Assembly: GCA_937915865.1 (NCBI GenBank)
Contig: CALGIG010000071.1
Coordinates: forward strand, 41,184 to 105,183
DNA length: 64,000 nt
DNA from: an uncultured Prolixibacteraceae bacterium
GTDB taxonomy: Bacteria; Bacteroidota; Bacteroidia; Bacteroidales; Prolixibacteraceae
Direction: 5' to 3'
The position numbers and the translations under genes are program-made. The notes below the pieces were generated by a model, which was given only the letters and a program-made list of their open reading frames with translations, had not been told where the DNA came from and made no database searches. Positions 8,575 through 18,490 of the stretch are shown here, piece after piece. The stretch's first letter is position 1; each line of letters begins with the position of its first letter.

Positions 8575-9651
8575 TTATAAATACGGATATTCAGAATCGA
8601 TAATCCCATTCTTTTTCAACTCATCCCAAAATGCGGTTGGCAACTCATTGGCAATAACCCACTGGTTATGCGCCATTCTTTTAGGTTTGCTTGGGTTTAA
8701 AGCCACAGCATTCACCTGAGGGGCAGAAAGCGCAAACTTCAGACAGGCATGGCCCGGCTCAACTTTGTATTTTTCACAAACGGAAAAAAATTTTTCCCTC
8801 CATTCAAAAAGATGTTTGTCATCCGGGTGATCCGGGTCAGTTTTCCGGTAATCGAAATACTCGCCGCCCGTGATAAAACCGGCATTAAAAATGGCCGAAT
8901 TGATAATGCCTACTCCATCCTGATTTAATTGGTCCATAAATTCCAGAATGGTTTTCGGATGATGATAAAGCGTGAATTTATTGGCAAACATGACCCAGTC
9001 AAATTTAACGTGCTGATACAACTCTTTGATCACCAGCCAATCTTTCGAGCCGATGCCCACACCTTTTACTTCGCCCTTTTCTTTTAACTCAAACAATGCC
9101 TGGTAAGCGCCGAGAATATCATTCATTCGCGAAACCCGTTCTTCCTGGTTCAATGAAGCAGCTAAATATTCGTCCGGATCGTGCACTGAAACTAAATCAG
9201 GCTTGAATTTTCCACCAAGCAACTCACAGCCTTGTTCCCAACACTCCAGAATCCCGTCATAACTGATTTTCTGAACGGCATCATATTTTAAGTTTGCCCA
9301 GGCTCCGGGTTCAAAAGTTGGCTCCTTAGTCACAAGCGGCACCCGGAACCATCCAAGTTTATTGCTGATGGTAATTTGCCCGGGCTCAATCCCCAGTTTT
9401 TCCAACCCCCGTCCGATCACCTCCAGGGCAAGACCGGCTCCATATTTTCCTGCACTGTCAATCAGTACATGCCCGTCGCTTACCTTAAACCATTCAGCCA
9501 TCAAGGCCAGTTTTTCATTCTCTGAAAGTTCGCGGTACAAATTGCCAAGGAAGCTGGTCCCGTAAATTACTGGGGGACAGGAAATGCCCGTTTTGCCGAG
9601 GAAGCGGCTCCTTTTCCTGCTAACGCTCTTTTTGTTGCCCTTCGTTTGCAT
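8575..9651 (-). CDS. Aldo/keto reductase, aldose 1-dehydrogenase-like.
   Basis: 358 aa. Has the AKR N-terminal pattern RFLGKTG...YGTSFLG. It overlaps the mutarotase stop by 32 nt. Confidence 0.75.
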   Translation of the reverse strand: MQTKGNKKSVSRKRSRFLGKTGISCPPVIYGTSFLGNLYRELSENEKLALMAEWFKVSDGHVLIDSAGKYGAGLALEVIGRGLEKLGIEPGQITISNKLGWFRVPLVTKEPTFEPGAWANLKYDAVQKISYDGILECWEQGCELLGGKFKPDLVSVHDPDEYLAASLNQEERVSRMNDILGAYQALFELKEKGEVKGVGIGSKDWLVIKELYQHVKFDWVMFANKFTLYHHPKTILEFMDQLNQDGVGIINSAIFNAGFITGGEYFDYRKTDPDHPDDKHLFEWREKFFSVCEKYKVEPGHACLKFALSAPQVNAVALNPSKPKRMAHNQWVIANELPTAFWDELKKNGIIDSEYPYL

Positions 9652-10009
9652 CGAACACCTCCTTTTGATCCAATTCGTAAATACGTTCCATTAACTGCCA
9701 CTTCTCCTTTGCATTCGCGTCTTTGGTGGTTACCTGGAAACGCGACACAAATGACTCCCATTCGCTTTGCCGCGGTTTGGCTGCAAGCTCCTTCATAGCC
9801 TGGTCATGATCAAAGTCCGCCACCGTATCCATGATCATAAATAATCGATTCCCATGAATATAGATCTCCATATCCAGAATGCCTATTTCTTTCATTCCCC
9901 GGGTAATTTCAGGCCATGCAGCACCTGGGGCATGCACTTTTTTATATGCTTCGATTAGCGCTGGATCGTTCTCAAGCAGAAGCGCTTTACAATATCTTTT
10001 AAATCTCAT
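9620..10009 (-). CDS. L-rhamnose mutarotase (RhaM) family protein (deoxy-sugar mutarotase).
   Basis: I chose the start at ATG 10009 (MRFKRYCKALLLENDPALIEAYKKVHA...WPEI...GILDMEIY). The size and pattern match the RhaM family. Confidence 0.75.
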   Translation of the reverse strand: MRFKRYCKALLLENDPALIEAYKKVHAPGAAWPEITRGMKEIGILDMEIYIHGNRLFMIMDTVADFDHDQAMKELAAKPRQSEWESFVSRFQVTTKDANAKEKWQLMERIYELDQKEVFDANEGQQKER

Positions 10010-10112
10010 TCTTACGAAGTGTTTAATGTGAAACAAACGTGAGACTTGTCAATTCCTAACGTTTGCCTGAAAGGCATGAGCCAAAGAGTATTATTTTTAA
10101 AACAAATAGGGC

Positions 10113-11129
10113 CTAATTAATACCTTTTCGCGGTGCATTGCAAAAAGCTTCAAATGTTTCATCAGGAGTACCGGAAGGGATTTCACATCCGGCACTTAAC
10201 ATATACCGGGAACCTTCAGTGAGTTTCAGGCATTCGATTGCCTTTTTTTCACAACTTTCGGGCGAAGCCATTAATATGTCTGATACAGGATCAAGGTTTC
10301 CTTTGTAGCACAATTGGTTCTTCTCATATACCTGCCGGGCTTCGGATAAATTGACCAAATGGTCGACGTTAAACAGGTCGGCTCCGGATTTTACCATACT
10401 TTCCATCAAGTGAGAGGTGTTACCGCAGATGTGCAACTTTACCAATCCCCCTTTCTCATGAATAGCAGAGCATACCCTTTGTTCATAAGGCAATGCGAAT
10501 TCATCAAACAATTCTTTTGAAATCAGGGATGCTGCGGCATCGCCGGCTCCGATCATGGGAGCGCCGGCTTCCAGTTGTCTTAAGCTAAACTGAATGACGA
10601 TTTCTGTCAGAAATGACAAGATTTGGTGGGCCAGGAGCGGATTTTCAAAAAGTATCATCATAAATTCTGAAACCCCGCAAACGGAGCAGGCCTCGGCAAA
10701 CGGCATATCTACCCACCCAAACACCATGCATTCGTCACCTGCTGCCTCGACCATTTCACGGACTCCCTTCACCCGGTCATTCATTCGTGATTTGGGATGG
10801 TCGAAATCGGGCATCTTCAAACCTTTGAAATCTGTTTCATTTTTTACCAGTGGCGAAGCCGCATAAGGTGGGGCGTTATCCGGATAAGCCATATCGGCTC
10901 CCAGGTCGGCTGTTATCCTGAAAGCATCGGAGCAGGCTGTGATAGCATCAATATTAAATTTTTGCCTGATATTCAGTTGTGCTTCAGCCATGGCTTTACC
11001 ATCAGTGGCAAATGTCTTATAGCTGATTCCCAGCCTTTTCTGGGCAAAAAACATCAGGAGGGGAAATACAGGGACTCTGTCAACAGGGTTGCCATGCAGC
11101 ATGGCTAAAAATCGTTCTTTACTATTCAT
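10113..11129 (-). CDS. URO-D-family corrinoid methyltransferase (MtaA/CmuA-like).
   Basis: 338 aa. Has the putative Zn motif LHICGNT plus a downstream SAGCEIP. Confidence 0.85.
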   Translation of the reverse strand: MNSKERFLAMLHGNPVDRVPVFPLLMFFAQKRLGISYKTFATDGKAMAEAQLNIRQKFNIDAITACSDAFRITADLGADMAYPDNAPPYAASPLVKNETDFKGLKMPDFDHPKSRMNDRVKGVREMVEAAGDECMVFGWVDMPFAEACSVCGVSEFMMILFENPLLAHQILSFLTEIVIQFSLRQLEAGAPMIGAGDAAASLISKELFDEFALPYEQRVCSAIHEKGGLVKLHICGNTSHLMESMVKSGADLFNVDHLVNLSEARQVYEKNQLCYKGNLDPVSDILMASPESCEKKAIECLKLTEGSRYMLSAGCEIPSGTPDETFEAFCNAPRKGIN

Positions 11130-11207
11130 GGTGAACCGGTTAAATTAGAATTAATCAATCTTAGTTTGTAAAATTTGGAATAAAGTGCCAAGGTCCAAAG
11201 GACGATT

Positions 11208-12245
11208 TTATTCTTTTAAAGCGTTGAACAATATCTCTATATTTGCAGGCGGAATATCCGGAAGAATAGCCTCATGGCTGGGAGAGAAAACAAGACCTGT
11301 GGGGAACAAATTTCTCAGTTCATACACTTTAGCCTTTATTTCAGCAGGAGATCCTTTAACTAAGAGATGCTGCACATCTACTCCGCCGACAAACGAAACT
11401 TTGTTCCCGAAATTTTCTTTTAGTGTTCTTGCATCCATGTTTGCCGCTGTTGCCTGGATGGGATGGATTGCATCAACCCCGATATCAATAAGATCAGGAA
11501 TAATTTCAAATATTGATCCGCATGAATGATGGATTACTTTAAGTCCGTAGCTGTGTGCCTGCTCCACGAACTGCCTGGCTCCTGGAATGACAAATTCTCT
11601 TATAGCCTCAGGCGATGCTATCGGGCCGGTTTGCGCGCCGAAGTCATTTCCTATAAGCACTGCATCGAGATATCCTTTTGTTGCTTCGAAAAAAATCTCA
11701 TTTGCTTTAAGGTAAAAATCAACAATCCTTTTCGTTACCGCTTTGAACATTTCAGGAGCCATCAGCATCTGAATAAGTGCATTCTCCATACCAAAAGCAG
11801 CAAGTACGTCCTGAAAATGAGCCGACCAGATTATTCCGGTGATAGCCATGTTTTTCGGAGCATTTTTACAGATTATTTTGCATTCATCCCTGCTTATGTA
11901 TTTTGAAGGGTCGGGCCAGTCGAATTTATCGACCATTGACAAATCGTTGATATTTTCAAAAAAACCCGGAGAATTCAATGTTCTGTGATCTGGGTTATAA
12001 TCTCCCTTTTTCGCAAACGGGAAAGCGGTATAAATGGCTTCAGAGGTCGGAGAGTGGTACGGCATCTCCACGGGGAAAATATCATCGTCCAAAATAGCTT
12101 TTAGATGATTCATTCCCGTGACTCTGAAATGTTGGAAAAGGGCCGGTATTGAATCAGGATGTGGAAGTCCCAGCCATGATGAGGGCCTGTCCACAGGCTT
12201 TCTTTCAATTGTGGCAAAAAATCGCTCTTTATGTGTCATAATCAT
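11208..12245 (-). CDS. URO-D-family methyltransferase, divergent paralog.
   Basis: 345 aa. Has HHSCGS, but the downstream conserved Cys position reads SPSHE instead of xGC. Confidence 0.8.
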   Translation of the reverse strand: MIMTHKERFFATIERKPVDRPSSWLGLPHPDSIPALFQHFRVTGMNHLKAILDDDIFPVEMPYHSPTSEAIYTAFPFAKKGDYNPDHRTLNSPGFFENINDLSMVDKFDWPDPSKYISRDECKIICKNAPKNMAITGIIWSAHFQDVLAAFGMENALIQMLMAPEMFKAVTKRIVDFYLKANEIFFEATKGYLDAVLIGNDFGAQTGPIASPEAIREFVIPGARQFVEQAHSYGLKVIHHSCGSIFEIIPDLIDIGVDAIHPIQATAANMDARTLKENFGNKVSFVGGVDVQHLLVKGSPAEIKAKVYELRNLFPTGLVFSPSHEAILPDIPPANIEILFNALKE

Positions 12246-12273
12246 TGAATTTTAATTATTTACTTTGATATGA

Positions 12274-13305
12274 TTAATTCATAAGACTGTTTGCATATCC
12301 GAGGATTATCCATGATACAATGAGAATGACATTCCCTGTGATCAATATTTTTTTTGGTCCCGATATGCCCCTCCATTCACCTGATATCAACCCCCATATG
12401 GTGCTTACGATTAAAGAAAGTGCGAGAAACATGGTCCACCCGGCTGCAGGGCCAAGACTGCCCATGAGGGCTGCCCCCTGTCCGTAGATACCAAGGGCGG
12501 CAAACCAGAGGATTGATGTGATAACAGCAGATAAATAGCCTCTTTCGGCACCCCTTTGAGTTAAAGTACCGTATGACTTGTTCTTATACAAAAGATACGT
12601 AGCGTATCCGCCATTTACAAGAAATCCTCCCCAGAGGACTACCACCCAGGCGACAAGGCTGGCATTCTGAATTTTATTACCCATATCTGCTGCTGCTTTT
12701 ACCAGGGGTTGGGCATAAATGAATCCAACATTCAGTAAAGCCGCGGCAATCCCGTTGGCAATGGAGAAAAACACTCCGAACCAAAAGTATTTCCCGGTTT
12801 TGATATCAGATGAAACATTTTTCTTTCCTTTCATCTGCCTGTCGCGCATAATTCCGGCCAGGGTTATTACAATTATCCCGGAAAGCATAATAATAATACC
12901 TGCCATGATAAAGGGAAATGCCGGAAGTTTGGTCACATTCTCAATTCTGAGTAGCGGGACAACTGCTCCCATAATGGCTGCCAATCCCATTGTAATTCCA
13001 TAGGTCAGCGAAATGCCTATATAAGTTATTGCCAGCCCGAACAGGATGGAGCCGATACCCCATAAAGCCCCGAAAAGCATCGACCCTGCAATAATATTAG
13101 TACCGGTACCCCCGATTGCCTTCATAGTTCCTGTTACTGCGATTGAAGACCACAAAAGCGGAATGATAAGCATCCCTGTTACGGAAAATAAAACCCAGAA
13201 TGCTTCCCATGAAAAGGGGGAGAATTTTTTCATACCCAAACCATACGTACCTTGGAATATCCCGGCAATAAAAATCAGGATAAGTGATAAAAAGAAGTTA
13301 TTCAT
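12274..13305 (-). CDS. RhaT-family sugar:proton symporter (L-rhamnose/deoxy-sugar transporter type).
   Basis: 343 aa, about 10 TM segments. The N-terminus FLSLILIFIAGIFQGTYGLGMKKFSPFSWEAFW resembles RhaT-family proteins. Confidence 0.75.
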   Translation of the reverse strand: MNNFFLSLILIFIAGIFQGTYGLGMKKFSPFSWEAFWVLFSVTGMLIIPLLWSSIAVTGTMKAIGGTGTNIIAGSMLFGALWGIGSILFGLAITYIGISLTYGITMGLAAIMGAVVPLLRIENVTKLPAFPFIMAGIIIMLSGIIVITLAGIMRDRQMKGKKNVSSDIKTGKYFWFGVFFSIANGIAAALLNVGFIYAQPLVKAAADMGNKIQNASLVAWVVVLWGGFLVNGGYATYLLYKNKSYGTLTQRGAERGYLSAVITSILWFAALGIYGQGAALMGSLGPAAGWTMFLALSLIVSTIWGLISGEWRGISGPKKILITGNVILIVSWIILGYANSLMN

Positions 13306-13376
13306 GTCTTTATTTTTTGAAACTTATTTGTTTGAATCATAGTAAAACCATTCAATTATTCTTATTGTCAATCCAC

Positions 13377-14861
13377 CTATAATATCATTTCGCCAACATA
13401 AATATCCTGAAAATTGGGATTGCCTTCCAGGTTGATGTGCGTGGTTTTTCCCAGAATTTCTGTTCTGAGTTGCGAACCGGAAAACAGAAACATCTTAGCC
13501 CCGATCAGTGCCGTATTTCCCATTTTGTGAATTTTTTCCCCTTCGCTTCTTATCATTCCGGTAGCCACCACGTTTTCGATGCTGATGTAATTACCGAACC
13601 CGCCGGCAATGTAAATGGTCTGTATGTCGGCAACCCGTATTGAAAGATAGTTTGCAAGAATGGTCAGTCCTACTGCGATGGCAGCTTTGGCCAGTTGAAA
13701 TTCGTTAATATCCTTTTGAGTCAGGTTTACTTTTCCAGCGATGGAAATTTGCCCCTCACCCGAATTAATTTCGCCGAACATACCTACCCGTTCCAGCTTC
13801 CGTAGGATGGCCACAGCATCGATCAGCGCGCTCCCGCAAATTCCTTTGGGAGAGGCATTCCCGATCACACTGGGCACAATATTCCCGTCAACCAGATTTA
13901 ATGATGAAATTGCCCCGGTAACGGCGCGCATTCCTACCGAAATATTGGCCCCTTCAAATGCCGGGCCGGCCGCCGTCGAAGCACACACAATCCGGTTTTT
14001 GTTACCAACCACAATTTCTCCGTTGGTTCCCAGATCAATTAAAGCGGTATAATCTTCTTTTTGGTGAAGCCCGGTTGCAGCAATACCTGCCAGTATGTCG
14101 CTGCCAACAAAACTTCCAATCGAAGGATAAAAATGCACCTTTTCGATCACCTGAAAGTTCCATCCTAATTCTTGAGGTTCAAAGGTTTTTATTCCCAGGT
14201 TGTTGGTTTGGAACGGGTATGCTGACAGCGGGGTTACATCGCAATCGCTGAAAATAAGTTGCATGGCGGTATTGCCAACCAGGACTACTTTCCGGATGTC
14301 AACCGGGTGTTTTTTCAGCATCAGATTAATCATTGCCCCGATCGATGAGCGAATCATCCGGGTCATTTCGGTTGCCTGCCCGTCCAGGCAAGCCTGAATC
14401 CTGGAAATCAGGTCAGCCCCGAATTTAACCTGCGGGTTCAGCATGGTTTCAACGGCCAGCACTTTTGCCGACGACAAGTCGATCAATTGGGCTACCACCG
14501 TGGTTGTCCCCAGGTCGACCGCAATTCCGAAGCCTTTTTGCGGGTGAAAGTCAAATTCGCTCTCGTCGGCCAGGATCAGGTGGTTGAATTGTTCGATTTC
14601 GAGGGTAATATCGCCGGTACAACGGCTAAAACACGCCAGCCTCCATTCTGGAGAAAGGCCAAGCTGTTCGATCTTCTGCCGGTGGGCATCGGTGATTTTT
14701 ATTTCGCCGTCCAAAAGCCTGACCTTACATTTTCCGCAGGTCCCTTTTCCCCCGCAGGGAAACTCCACGCCATATTCATGCAACACATCAATTAACGGCG
14801 TTTGATCGTTGACTTCCAGTACTTTTCCCAGTGGCAATAAATGGATAATATGTTTTTTCAT
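13377..14861 (-). CDS. RACo-type reductive activator of corrinoid proteins ([2Fe-2S] ferredoxin domain plus ASKHA ATPase).
   Basis: 494 aa. The N-terminus has CGGKGTCGKCKV...LAC. ASKHA motifs are AVDLGTTTV and IDLGTNGEIV. The start overlaps the upstream URO-D gene stop (14858-14861). Confidence 0.85.
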   Translation of the reverse strand: MKKHIIHLLPLGKVLEVNDQTPLIDVLHEYGVEFPCGGKGTCGKCKVRLLDGEIKITDAHRQKIEQLGLSPEWRLACFSRCTGDITLEIEQFNHLILADESEFDFHPQKGFGIAVDLGTTTVVAQLIDLSSAKVLAVETMLNPQVKFGADLISRIQACLDGQATEMTRMIRSSIGAMINLMLKKHPVDIRKVVLVGNTAMQLIFSDCDVTPLSAYPFQTNNLGIKTFEPQELGWNFQVIEKVHFYPSIGSFVGSDILAGIAATGLHQKEDYTALIDLGTNGEIVVGNKNRIVCASTAAGPAFEGANISVGMRAVTGAISSLNLVDGNIVPSVIGNASPKGICGSALIDAVAILRKLERVGMFGEINSGEGQISIAGKVNLTQKDINEFQLAKAAIAVGLTILANYLSIRVADIQTIYIAGGFGNYISIENVVATGMIRSEGEKIHKMGNTALIGAKMFLFSGSQLRTEILGKTTHINLEGNPNFQDIYVGEMIL

Positions 14862-15880
14862 ATCGTATGGGTTGCGGCATTAAATTCATTCAATGCTTCA
14901 AAAAAGGCATAAATATTTTTAGGAGGGACACCCGGTGGCAAATCGCACCCTGAAGATAAGATGAAATTTGGATAATCCCTGGTAACTTCCAGAAGTTCAG
15001 CCGTTTTGTGCCTTACATATTCGGGCATACCTCTCTGTAATATATCAACCGGATCCAGATTGCCCATCACCAGGATATGGCTGGGAACCTGTTTTAGAAC
15101 CGTTTTCATATCAGCGGCATTACCAAAATGAAGAGCTGCTGCACCGGTCGATACCATAGACCGGGAAAGTTGTCCATTATGACCGCAATTGTGTAAGACT
15201 ATCAGAAAATTATCATCCTGTAATTCGTCAACTATTCCTTTAATATAAGCGGATGAGTAAATGTTGCACTCTTCCTCTCCCAGCAAACCCGCGGCTGGTT
15301 CTGCCACGATAATACCGTCGGCCCCTATTGATTTATAGGCCCGGATATAATCCCTGATAAAATGCGTGCATTTCTTCAACGTTGCGTGTACCATATCCGG
15401 GTCTGTAAAAATTGCTGTCATTATCTCTGTCATATCCAACAACCTGCCTGCCAGGGAAAATGGGCCGATACATCCGGGGAATACAGGAACATCGGTGATG
15501 TCTTTCATCGTCAATTCCGCTGCTTTAAGATATTCCCGTACCCTTTTTGAAGAAGAAATCTCTGGAACAGCTATTCCATTCATTTCTTGAATACTGTTGA
15601 CCAATCTTTCTTTGACTGTCGGAATTTCATCCTTTTCAAACCTGATACTGCACCCGAAGGCTTCTGCTTCCACAGTCAGGTCCATAATCATGGTCACTGC
15701 GGCAGAATTATAATTCTGGTGCAACGACCTAATCGCCCGGGCATGTTCACTGCCATTAGTGACTGCTTCAAATACCGTCGCCCCGGTAAATTCAATACCC
15801 GGGTTTGTCATTATTGGAATAGCAACCCTTTCCGGCAAACCAAGAATGTTTTTACACCACTGTCCAACTGATATTTGCAT
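14858..15880 (-). CDS. URO-D-family corrinoid methyltransferase.
   Basis: 340 aa. Has LHNCGHN plus SSGCDLPPGVP. Confidence 0.85.
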   Translation of the reverse strand: MQISVGQWCKNILGLPERVAIPIMTNPGIEFTGATVFEAVTNGSEHARAIRSLHQNYNSAAVTMIMDLTVEAEAFGCSIRFEKDEIPTVKERLVNSIQEMNGIAVPEISSSKRVREYLKAAELTMKDITDVPVFPGCIGPFSLAGRLLDMTEIMTAIFTDPDMVHATLKKCTHFIRDYIRAYKSIGADGIIVAEPAAGLLGEEECNIYSSAYIKGIVDELQDDNFLIVLHNCGHNGQLSRSMVSTGAAALHFGNAADMKTVLKQVPSHILVMGNLDPVDILQRGMPEYVRHKTAELLEVTRDYPNFILSSGCDLPPGVPPKNIYAFFEALNEFNAATHTI

Positions 15881-15972
15881 CCTTTCTTGTTTTTATAGTT
15901 AAGCAGACTTAGATTGATTCAAATGCTCAACGAGCCCTTGCGGATCAGGGAAACAGGCATTCGCTCCTATTT

Positions 15973-16992
15973 TCAAAATTTCCTTGCTGATTCTATAAGG
16001 GCGAAGATGTTTTCTTCGGGCGTAGTCGGTGGAATAGCACATCCCGCATTTAGAATGAAACGGTTTGTTTTGCTGAATACCTCCAGCAGTTCGTTTGTCT
16101 TTCGCCTTACCAGTTCCGGCGATCCCAGTGCGATGACGCCGCTGGGGTCGATGTTCCCGATAAAAGTTGCATGATCGTGCAAGATACTGAAAGCTTTATG
16201 GCTATCGGTTTTGTAGTCGATCTCAAAAGCATCCGCGCCGGTTTTCAGCATCAGTTCCAGTATCAGGTCGGTGTTGCCGCAAATGTGCAACGCGTAAGGT
16301 AATCCCTGTTTATGGGCTTCGTCAACGACCTTTTTTTCATAAGGCAAAGCAAATTCTTCATATTGTTCGGGCGAAATCATGGCAGGCCCGGCCACGCTGT
16401 CGCCGTTCGATACCATGTGCGCGTCCGCCTGCGCCATCAACCGGATAAACTGGCAGGTGGCATCTGTGCAGTAATCCAGCAGTTCGGCCAGTCGCGCCGG
16501 TTCGGCCATGTACAAATCCAGCATCAGTGCATCGGTTCCCCGTACCATGCTGGCCAGCGAAAACGGCGACTGGTCGCAGTTGCCCCTGACCAGTATTTCG
16601 TTTCCAAAATGCCCTCTCAGCAAACGCACCGCTTCGAGCCAGTTTTGAACGTACCTGTAATTTTCGACCTTTGGAGGCTTTAGCTTCTTTACATCTTCCA
16701 ATGAACCCAACATCCCGCGAAGCGGCCTGGCAGGCTCATCTTCCGGGAAATCGACAGATACCCCCAGGCTGCCGGCCAGGGTAACGGTATCCACGTCAAC
16801 CAGGATGCCGTCGTACCCATATTTCTCTATTGCATGGATAAAGGCCTTCGCTATTATTTTGGGATTTTCCCTGAATTCTTGCATCGACACGTTGATCTCC
16901 CTGGCTGCCAGCATGAAATTGTGCAGCATAACCGGGACCCGGTCGTGCGGTTCGCCTTTCAAGGCCGCCATTGTTCTTTCATATCCGTTCAT
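15973..16992 (-). CDS. URO-D-family corrinoid methyltransferase.
   Basis: I chose the start at ATG 16992 (MNGYERTMAALKGEPHDRVPV) because it aligns with the paralog N-termini and avoids overlap with the MFS gene. The ORF track extends to 17034. Has LHICGNT plus NAGCAIPPTTP. Confidence 0.85.
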   Translation of the reverse strand: MNGYERTMAALKGEPHDRVPVMLHNFMLAAREINVSMQEFRENPKIIAKAFIHAIEKYGYDGILVDVDTVTLAGSLGVSVDFPEDEPARPLRGMLGSLEDVKKLKPPKVENYRYVQNWLEAVRLLRGHFGNEILVRGNCDQSPFSLASMVRGTDALMLDLYMAEPARLAELLDYCTDATCQFIRLMAQADAHMVSNGDSVAGPAMISPEQYEEFALPYEKKVVDEAHKQGLPYALHICGNTDLILELMLKTGADAFEIDYKTDSHKAFSILHDHATFIGNIDPSGVIALGSPELVRRKTNELLEVFSKTNRFILNAGCAIPPTTPEENIFALIESARKF

Positions 16993-17003
16993 GTTGTTTA
17001 TTT

Positions 17004-18416
17004 TTATTCGTTTTCCAATAGATTCGTTTTCCATGTTTCTTCCATTTGTTCCAGGGTTTTTCCTTTGGTTTCAGGTACCATCTTCCATACGAAAATGAAG
17101 GATAGCAGGGCCATGCTCCCGAATATCCAGAACGACAGGGAATGATTGAACTTTTCCACCAGCCAGGCGTTCCGGTCAAGCAAGGGGAAAGTGGACGAAG
17201 CCACGTAATTCATGATCCACTGCACGGCCACGGCTACTGCCATTGCCTTGCCGCGAATGGCATTCGGGAAAATTTCCGACAGTAACACCCAGGTAACGGG
17301 GCCCCATGAAAAGGCAAAAGCTGCTACGAACCCCAAAACAGCTATCAGCGATACAATTCCCATGTGGTTGGTAAAAAAGGCAAAACCCAGGATAAACATG
17401 AAAACGGTCATCAAAGCTGAGCCGGCCAACAGCAGAGGTTTACGGCCAGCCCTGTCAACGGTGTAAATGGCGATAATGGTAAACAGCACGTTCACCGCCC
17501 CTACAAGGATGGCCCGGAACATCGACGAATCGGCATTGCTTCCCATGTTGCGGATAATTTCAGGGGCGTAATACATCATTACCTGGATGCCGGTAAGTTG
17601 CTGAAAGACCGATAGAAGTATCCCGATAATCAGCACTTTCTTTCCGAACGAAAGCAGTTTACCGGAATGGTGGTGTTCCAGCGACGATTTAATTTCGTCG
17701 AACTCCTTTTTTGCACCTTCCTGTCCGTTTAAACGGGAAAGGATGTCAAGCGCCTTTTCCTTTTTTCCTGAAAGCGCCAGCCACCGGGGGCTTTCGGGAA
17801 CAAACCAGAGCAATACAAAAAACAGGAACGCGGGGAAGGCCATCGAGGCAAACATCCACCGCCAGCCTGTAACTGTATCCCAGGCTTCATCGCCCGCGAG
17901 GGCGATGCGGTAATTCACGATATACACGATCAGTATGCCCAGCGTGACAGCCAACTGGTTCCACGACACTAGTCTGCCTCTAATGCCGGCCGGTGAAACC
18001 TCCGCGATATACATCGGCGAGAGTACCGACGCAAGCCCGATACCGGTTCCTCCCATCATCCGGAAAATGATGAACGAAAACATCACCGCTTTACCCCCCG
18101 AGGGGATGATTCCCATTTCCGGGATGGCCGAACCGAGGCTTGAAACCAGAAACAACAAGGCTGCCATCAACAACGAACGCTTCCGCCCGAACTTCCGGCT
18201 GAAATATCCGCCTAATGTGCTTCCTATCACGCAGCCGATCAGCGCGCAGGCTACAATAAATCCCAGCAGGGCATTGGCCGCTTTCTCCGGAAGCCCCATC
18301 GGGACGATGAAATATCGATTCAACGATTCAACCGCTCCCGAGATCACGGCTGTATCGTATCCAAACAGGAACCCGCCCAAAACGGCAACAAAAGCAATGC
18401 TATATATTTTTTTCAT
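17004..18416 (-). CDS. MFS sugar porter family transporter (sugar:H+ symporter).
   Basis: 470 aa, 12 TM-like segments. Signatures are GRKRSLL, PESPRWL and PETKGKTLEQME. Confidence 0.9.
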   Translation of the reverse strand: MKKIYSIAFVAVLGGFLFGYDTAVISGAVESLNRYFIVPMGLPEKAANALLGFIVACALIGCVIGSTLGGYFSRKFGRKRSLLMAALLFLVSSLGSAIPEMGIIPSGGKAVMFSFIIFRMMGGTGIGLASVLSPMYIAEVSPAGIRGRLVSWNQLAVTLGILIVYIVNYRIALAGDEAWDTVTGWRWMFASMAFPAFLFFVLLWFVPESPRWLALSGKKEKALDILSRLNGQEGAKKEFDEIKSSLEHHHSGKLLSFGKKVLIIGILLSVFQQLTGIQVMMYYAPEIIRNMGSNADSSMFRAILVGAVNVLFTIIAIYTVDRAGRKPLLLAGSALMTVFMFILGFAFFTNHMGIVSLIAVLGFVAAFAFSWGPVTWVLLSEIFPNAIRGKAMAVAVAVQWIMNYVASSTFPLLDRNAWLVEKFNHSLSFWIFGSMALLSFIFVWKMVPETKGKTLEQMEETWKTNLLENE

Positions 18417-18490
18417 TTGATTGCATCAGTGATTTATAAAGTATTAGCGCAATAGTCAGGCTTTTAGTAATTCTGCTTCTTTTTTTTAGA

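Noticed and set aside
3692-18420. Many plus-strand ORFs of 60-160 aa inside the minus-strand operon, for example 3692..4072, 5407..5889, 6187..6543, 11526..11906, 13741..14052 and 17935..18420.
   Set aside because: All lie antisense within long, motif-bearing genes and have compositionally odd translations rich in Ser, Pro and Arg. These are typical shadow ORFs.
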